Below are positions 58,436 through 64,000 of a stretch of DNA of 64,000 bases, piece after piece. The stretch's first letter is position 1; each line of letters opens with the position of its first letter. Location of the stretch: NCBI GenBank assembly GCA_902764145.1, contig CACWUS010000001.1:21678-85677 (forward strand), read 5' to 3'. Source of the DNA: an uncultured Erysipelotrichaceae bacterium (GTDB lineage Bacteria > Bacillota_I > Bacilli_A > RF39 > UBA660). The position numbers and the translations under genes were made by a program. The notes below the pieces were generated by a model. It saw only the letters and a list, made by a program, of their open reading frames with translations, had not been told where the DNA came from and made no database searches.

Positions 58436-59219
58436 ATTTAAAAAGAACGGAAAAATATATATATTTAACAGTAATAATCTAGAATTAAATATTGAAGATT
58501 TTGTTATTGTTGATACAGAAAGAGGACAACAATTTGGAAGAGTGTCATCCATTAATATTAAAGATGATAATTTAAACCACTCAAATGTTATAAGAATAGC
58601 TGATAAAAAAGATGAAAAGCAAAATCAAAAAAATATATCAGACGCAAAAAATGCATTGAATAAGGCAGAAGAACTTATTAAAAAATTAAATTTAGATATG
58701 AAATTAATAGATGCATATTATACTTTTGATAGAAAACAGTTGGTATTTCAATTTTTATCAGATAATAGAGTAGATTTTAGAGAATTGGCTAAACAATTAG
58801 CATCTATATATAAGACACGAATTGAATTAAGACAAGTTGGTGTTAGAGATAAAGCAAAAGAAATTTCTGGAATTGGTCAATGTGGAAGAAAAATATGTTG
58901 TTCGTCATTTTTAAATGATTTAGATTCAGTTGGAATAGCACAGGTAAAAAATCAAAATTTATCTTTAAATCCCACTAAAATAAATGGTTTATGTGGAAGA
59001 CTTTTATGTTGTTTAAAATATGAGGACAATTTATATAGTGAATTAAGAAAAGGACTACCTGAAGTAGGAGATAAAGTAAAATATAATGGAGTAGAGGGAA
59101 CTGTAATATCATTAGATATACCAAGAAGGAAATATTCTATGTTAACAGATGATAACACAAAAGTAGAAGTTGTTGTTCCAATTAGCAAAAATGAAGGAAA
59201 AAAAAGAAATAATAATTAA
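58416..59219 (+). CDS. ricT: PSP1-domain protein YaaT/RicT
   Basis: PSP1 C-terminal pattern with Cys cluster CGRKICCSSFL..CGRLLCCLKYE. Confidence 0.85.
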   Translation: MKLVGIEFKKNGKIYIFNSNNLELNIEDFVIVDTERGQQFGRVSSINIKDDNLNHSNVIRIADKKDEKQNQKNISDAKNALNKAEELIKKLNLDMKLIDAYYTFDRKQLVFQFLSDNRVDFRELAKQLASIYKTRIELRQVGVRDKAKEISGIGQCGRKICCSSFLNDLDSVGIAQVKNQNLSLNPTKINGLCGRLLCCLKYEDNLYSELRKGLPEVGDKVKYNGVEGTVISLDIPRRKYSMLTDDNTKVEVVVPISKNEGKKRNNN

Positions 59220-59928
59220 TGATTTACTAAATTATAATAATTTAAAAATAATACAAAATAAAGATTATTTTAATTTTAGTTTAGATTCTGTACTATTACC
59301 TAATTTTGTATTATTAAGTCCAAATACTAAAAACATTTTAGATTTATGTACCGGAAATGCCCCAATTCCACTAATATTATCAACAAAAACAAAAGCGAAT
59401 ATAATAGGCGTTGAGATTCAGAAGGAAATATATGATTTGGCAAAAAAAAGTATTAAATTAAATAATATCAATAGTATTAGTTTAATAAATGATGATGTTA
59501 AAAATATAACAAAAAAATTTGAAACTGATAGTTTTGACATTATTACATGTAATCCACCATACTTTAAATGTAATGAAAATAGTATTTTAAATGATAATGA
59601 TATCAAATCAATAGCTAGGCATGAATTGAAAGTAAATATTGAAGATATAATAAGAATATCAAAAAAGCTTCTAAAAAATGGTGGTTCATTGAATATTGTA
59701 CATAGAACTGATAGATTGATTGAAATAATAGATTTAATGAAAAAAAACAATTTAGAACCAAAAAGAATACAATTTATTTATCCTAAAAAAAACAATGATT
59801 CAAATATAGTACTTATTGATGGAAGAAAAAACGGTAAACCAGGATTAAAAATTTTAAAGCCATTAATTGTTCACAATGAAGATGGGAGTTATACAAAAGA
59901 GGTTTTAAATCTATTTGGAGGTAATTAA
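59191..59928 (+). CDS. SAM-dependent methyltransferase (YabB / tRNA m6A37-type)
   Basis: Contains DLCTGNAP and NPPYF. Start is uncertain (59170 TTG or 59191 ATG). Confidence 0.72.
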   Translation: MKEKKEIIINDLLNYNNLKIIQNKDYFNFSLDSVLLPNFVLLSPNTKNILDLCTGNAPIPLILSTKTKANIIGVEIQKEIYDLAKKSIKLNNINSISLINDDVKNITKKFETDSFDIITCNPPYFKCNENSILNDNDIKSIARHELKVNIEDIIRISKKLLKNGGSLNIVHRTDRLIEIIDLMKKNNLEPKRIQFIYPKKNNDSNIVLIDGRKNGKPGLKILKPLIVHNEDGSYTKEVLNLFGGN

Positions 59929-60765
59929 ATGATACAAAAAAGTTATGAAAAAAACATTTATGGCAATTTATATTTAGTACCTACACCTATAGGAAATCTT
60001 GAGGACATTACGTTAAGAGCAATAAACACTTTAAAAATGGTTGACATGGTATATGCTGAAGATACTAGAGAAACAATAAATCTGTTAAAGCATTATGATA
60101 TAAATAAGAAAATAGAATCTTGTCACAAATACACTGAAATGAAACATAAAGATAAAATAATACGTTTATTAAAAGAAGGAAAAAATATAGCATATGTAAC
60201 TGATAGAGGAACACCACTAATTAGTGATCCAGGAAATGTAATAGTTGATGAGTGTATTAAAAATAATATTAATGTAATATCATTACCTGGTCCAAATGCT
60301 TTATTACCTGCTTTAAATATGTCAGGTATTAGTAATGAAAGGTTTTTGTTTTTTGGATTTCTTAATAGTAAGAAAACATTAGCAAAAAAACAATTATTAA
60401 AATTAAAAAATATAACAGTACCAATAATATTTTATGAATCACCCTATCGTCTTAAAAATACAATAGAAATTATGTATGAGATATTGGGAAGTAGAAAAGC
60501 ATCTATTATTAGAGAAATATCAAAGATACACGAAGAAATAATAAGAAGTAATTTACCTAATTTAATTAATGAATGCAACAATATAAAAGGAGAAATTGTT
60601 ATTATAGTTGCAGGAAATAATAATGATGAAGAAGAAAATATTAATTATAAAGAAAAAGTAATTGAATATGTTGAAAAGGGATATTCTAAAAGAGATGCAA
60701 TTAAAAAAATATCATTAGAATACAATATTAATAAAAATAAAATATATAATGAGGTAAAGGAGTAA
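59929..60765 (+). CDS. rsmI: 16S rRNA (cytidine1402-2'-O)-methyltransferase
   Basis: PTPIGNLEDITLRAINTLK with the tetrapyrrole-methylase fold pattern. Confidence 0.9.
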   Translation: MIQKSYEKNIYGNLYLVPTPIGNLEDITLRAINTLKMVDMVYAEDTRETINLLKHYDINKKIESCHKYTEMKHKDKIIRLLKEGKNIAYVTDRGTPLISDPGNVIVDECIKNNINVISLPGPNALLPALNMSGISNERFLFFGFLNSKKTLAKKQLLKLKNITVPIIFYESPYRLKNTIEIMYEILGSRKASIIREISKIHEEIIRSNLPNLINECNNIKGEIVIIVAGNNNDEEENINYKEKVIEYVEKGYSKRDAIKKISLEYNINKNKIYNEVKE

Positions 60766-60767
60766 AA

Positions 60768-61322
60768 ATGAAATTAATCGTAGGTTTGGGTAATCCAGGA
60801 AAAAAATATGAAAAAACAAGACATAATTGCGGTTTTATGGCTATTGATTATTATGCAAAAAAATACAATTTAACAAGTAAAAAAAAGTATAATGGCGAAT
60901 ATTTTGAAAAAATAATAAATAGTGAAAAAATAATTTTTTTAAAACCTCAAACCTATATGAATTTATCAGGAGAATGCGTACTAAGCTTTGTGAAATATTT
61001 TGACATAAATACAGATGACATTTATATCATATATGATGATATTGATTTTGAGTTAGGAACTTTCAAAATTAAGAGAGATGGTAGTTCGGGTGGACATAAT
61101 GGAATTAATAATATAATTAAGCTTCTTAAAACTGAAAAATTAAAGAGAATTAGAATAGGAATTTCAAAAAATGATATTCCATTAGAAGATTATGTATTAA
61201 AAAAATTAAATGAAGAAGAAATGAATAAAATAAATGAATTATTACCTTTAATTAGCGAAATAATAGATAATATCCCATTAATGAATATAGATGATTTGAT
61301 GCAAAAATATAATAGGAATTAA
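60768..61322 (+). CDS. pth: Peptidyl-tRNA hydrolase
   Basis: MKLIVGLGNPGKKYEKTRHNCGF...GGHNG. Confidence 0.95.
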   Translation: MKLIVGLGNPGKKYEKTRHNCGFMAIDYYAKKYNLTSKKKYNGEYFEKIINSEKIIFLKPQTYMNLSGECVLSFVKYFDINTDDIYIIYDDIDFELGTFKIKRDGSSGGHNGINNIIKLLKTEKLKRIRIGISKNDIPLEDYVLKKLNEEEMNKINELLPLISEIIDNIPLMNIDDLMQKYNRN

Positions 61323-61323
61323 T

Positions 61324-64000
61324 ATGAAAAACTTATTAGCACTTAAACTTTTTGATTTTGATATTAATAATATTAGGAAAATATCAACAAATAAAAATGA
61401 AATATATAATCAGTTATTATTATATATCTTTTTTAAGTGTAACAAAAATCTAATAGTTGTATTTCCTACTTTAAATGAAGCAACTGAAACATATAATGAA
61501 TTAAAAAACTATATGGATGAAGTCTACTTGTTTCCCGAAGATGACTTTATGAATAAAAGAGCAATAGCAGCATCTCCAGAATTATTATATATGAGAGTAA
61601 ATCTTCTTAATAAATTAAATGATATAAATAATAAAATTATTATTGTACATTTAAATAGTTTTATAAAAAAACTCCCAAATAAGAAAGATTATATAAATAA
61701 TAGAATAAGTTTAAAAGTTGGAAATACAATAAATAGAGAAGATTTTTTAAAAAAATTATCATCAAATGGATATAAAAGAGAAAGTGTAGTTTATAATGTT
61801 TCTGATTATTCAGTACGAGGTTTTGTGATTGATATTTTTCCAATAAATTCAGAAAGACCTATAAGAATTGAATTATTTGATGATCAAATAGAAAAAATTA
61901 AATATTTTGATATTGTAACTCAAAAATCTGATAAAGAAGTTAACGAAGTGTTAATAGGTTCCATTAAAGATGATTTTGGAGAAAATAATTCTTCAATAAG
62001 AAATTTTATTGATAATAATCTTGTAATTTTTAATAATATTAATCAAATAAAAGAACAAGAAAAAATGATATTGCCACAAATAAAATATTTAAATATAGAT
62101 AAAGAAATTTTTAAATTATCTTCACTAATTGAAAAAGATGATATATATATTGATACAATAAATAATAAAAATAGTGATTTGGTAATTAATGCAAATTCAA
62201 TTGAAAAATATAATTTGAATAAAAACAAATTTGTTAATGATATTATTAAAACAAATGGTACTTTATTTACTAATGATGAAAAATTAATTATAGATTTAAG
62301 AAGAATTAATAATACAATTAATATAGAAAAAAATGTGCTTAATCATGGATTTATATATAATGGTAATTATTATTATTCTGAATATGATTTAACTGATAAT
62401 TATAGAAAAAAAGAAATTATAAATGATAATAGTTACGGAAATAAGATTTTTTCAATCGATGATATAAATATTGGTGATTATGTAGTTCATAGAAAATCAG
62501 GAATAGGAATATATAAAGGAATTACAACAATTGAAAAGAATGGAATGAAAAAAGATTATCTTCTAATACAATATAAAGGAAATGACAAATTATACATGCC
62601 TGTTGAAGATATAACTAAGTTATATAAGTATACAGCAAAAGAAGGAAGTAAGCCTGTAATCAACAAATTAAATAGTGTTGAATGGACAAAAACAAAATTA
62701 AAAATAAAAGAAAGAATCAAAAATATAACTGCAGAATTGCTAAAGATATATAAAGAGAGAAACAAAGCAACAGTGGAACCTTTTAAAAAAGATGATGAAA
62801 ATCAACTAATGTTTGAAAGTGAATTTGAATATGAAGAAACAGTAGATCAATTAAAAGCAATTGATGAAATAAAATCTGATTTAGAAAAGCCTAGGCCAAT
62901 GGAAAGATTATTATGTGGTGATGTTGGATATGGTAAAACTGAAGTAATATTTAGAGCAATTTTTAAGACAGTACTTAATGGTAAACAAGTGGCCTATTTA
63001 TGTCCAACAACACTACTTTCTCATCAACAATATGATAATGCATTAAAAAGGTTTGTTAATTATGGAATAAATATAGATATTATTAATAGACATTATTCTA
63101 ATAAACAAGTTCAAGAAAAAATTAAAAGACTTAAAGAAGGAAAAATAGATGTAATATTTGGTACTCATAGACTATTAAGTAAAGATGTCGAATTTAAAGA
63201 TTTAGGACTATTAGTTATAGATGAAGAACACAGGTTTGGTGTTGAACAAAAAGAAAAAATTAAAGAATTAAAATCAAATGTACATGTATTATCTGTTTCA
63301 GCCACTCCAATTCCAAGAAGCTTACAGATGTCTCTTGTAGGTATAAGAGATTTATCACTAATAGAAAGTGCTCCTAAAAATAGGTATCCTGTTCAAACAT
63401 ATGTTATTGAATATAATGAAATGTTAATAAGAGAAGCGATATTAAAAGAAATATCAAGAGATGGACAATCTTATATCTTATATAATAATGTAACAAATAT
63501 GGAAACTCTTGTTAAAAAATATAAAGAACTAATTCCGGAAGCAAGAATATGTTTTGCACATGGAAAAATGAGTAAAAATGAAATGCAAGATATTATTTAT
63601 GATTTTACAAATAGAAAATATGATGTACTAGTCAGTACAACAATAATTGAAAATGGAATAGATATTCCAAATGCGAATACAATAGTAGTTATAGATAGCG
63701 ATAAATTTGGATTAAGTCAGTTATATCAAATTAGAGGAAGAGTTGGAAGAAGTGATAAAATAGCATATGCATATTTAATGTATAAAAAAGAAAAAGTTTT
63801 AAATACAAATGCCATTAAAAGACTAGATGCAATAAAAGAGTTTACTGAACTTGGAAGTGGATATAAAATATCAATGAGAGATTTAGCTATAAGAGGAGCG
63901 GGGGATATTTTAGGAAAAGAGCAAGCAGGATTTATAGACTCTATTGGAGTAAATATGTACTTAGATTTAATAAATGAGGAAGTAAATGGAATAGAACAAG
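61324..64000 (+). CDS. mfd: Transcription-repair coupling factor Mfd, N-terminal ~890 aa (3' end outside the window; absent from the ORF track)
   Basis: Manual translation from the ATG at 61324 stays open to the window end. Contains a CarD-like GDYVVHRKSGIGIYKG and helicase motifs CGDVGYGKTEV, VIDEEHRFG, SATPIPRS and RGRVGRS. Confidence 0.92.
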   Translation, partial: MKNLLALKLFDFDINNIRKISTNKNEIYNQLLLYIFFKCNKNLIVVFPTLNEATETYNELKNYMDEVYLFPEDDFMNKRAIAASPELLYMRVNLLNKLNDINNKIIIVHLNSFIKKLPNKKDYINNRISLKVGNTINREDFLKKLSSNGYKRESVVYNVSDYSVRGFVIDIFPINSERPIRIELFDDQIEKIKYFDIVTQKSDKEVNEVLIGSIKDDFGENNSSIRNFIDNNLVIFNNINQIKEQEKMILPQIKYLNIDKEIFKLSSLIEKDDIYIDTINNKNSDLVINANSIEKYNLNKNKFVNDIIKTNGTLFTNDEKLIIDLRRINNTINIEKNVLNHGFIYNGNYYYSEYDLTDNYRKKEIINDNSYGNKIFSIDDINIGDYVVHRKSGIGIYKGITTIEKNGMKKDYLLIQYKGNDKLYMPVEDITKLYKYTAKEGSKPVINKLNSVEWTKTKLKIKERIKNITAELLKIYKERNKATVEPFKKDDENQLMFESEFEYEETVDQLKAIDEIKSDLEKPRPMERLLCGDVGYGKTEVIFRAIFKTVLNGKQVAYLCPTTLLSHQQYDNALKRFVNYGINIDIINRHYSNKQVQEKIKRLKEGKIDVIFGTHRLLSKDVEFKDLGLLVIDEEHRFGVEQKEKIKELKSNVHVLSVSATPIPRSLQMSLVGIRDLSLIESAPKNRYPVQTYVIEYNEMLIREAILKEISRDGQSYILYNNVTNMETLVKKYKELIPEARICFAHGKMSKNEMQDIIYDFTNRKYDVLVSTTIIENGIDIPNANTIVVIDSDKFGLSQLYQIRGRVGRSDKIAYAYLMYKKEKVLNTNAIKRLDAIKEFTELGSGYKISMRDLAIRGAGDILGKEQAGFIDSIGVNMYLDLINEEVNGIEQ

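Noticed and set aside
61661-62765. Three minus-strand ORFs (61661-61843, 62043-62228, 62556-62765)
   Set aside because: They are antisense to the continuous mfd reading frame, which runs from 61324 to the window end.

Overview
Very AT-rich (about a quarter G+C by eye, not computed) Bacillota chromosome segment spanning the replication origin. The core layout matches Bacillus subtilis origin synteny. On the minus strand: rpmH-rnpA-yidC-jag-mnmE-mnmG-rsmG-noc. A bipartite DnaA-box oriC flanks dnaA. On the plus strand: dnaA-dnaN-(comK-like)-recF-gyrB-gyrA, then ffs-tadA-dnaX-ybaB-recR-(bofA-like)-holB-yaaT-yabB-rsmI-pth-mfd. Two real genes are missing from the ORF track: rpmH (40 aa) and mfd (open to the window end). 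rpoE (RNAP delta), noc, spoIIR, a bofA-like gene, murA, a class A PBP and an [FeFe]-hydrogenase-like gene suggest a walled, anaerobic, sporulating or formerly sporulating Bacilli/Erysipelotrichia-like organism; this is inference. The left third holds the distal end of a type VIIb secretion locus (essC 3' part, a YukD-like gene, six small WXG100-like helical proteins). It also holds htrA, a lone Abi_2 gene, GNAT/GtrA genes, rplM-rpsI, rpsF-ssb-rpsR, argS with a probable T-box, and typA. A roughly 4-kb accessory islet (20.7-24.7 kb) carries three XRE paralogs, an unknown gene and a Fic protein with a degenerate catalytic motif. The same islet contains the most unusual signal: two tandem paralogous promoter / long-leader / terminator units with a conserved fold and a conserved loop-loop complementarity to their own terminators. 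Other notable items are: a parS / Noc-binding-site / parS triplet in 70 bp after gyrA, while the only ParB-family gene here is Noc-type and lacks soj-spo0J neighbours; a WXG-like protein with an L27/Prp-type N-terminal leader; a D1-only ClpC-like ATPase ending in IGF; a sensory-type hydrogenase co-oriented with a two-component system; and a GC-enriched structured region upstream of argS that the T-box only partly explains. Hairpin and motif coordinates were read by eye and may be off by a few nt.
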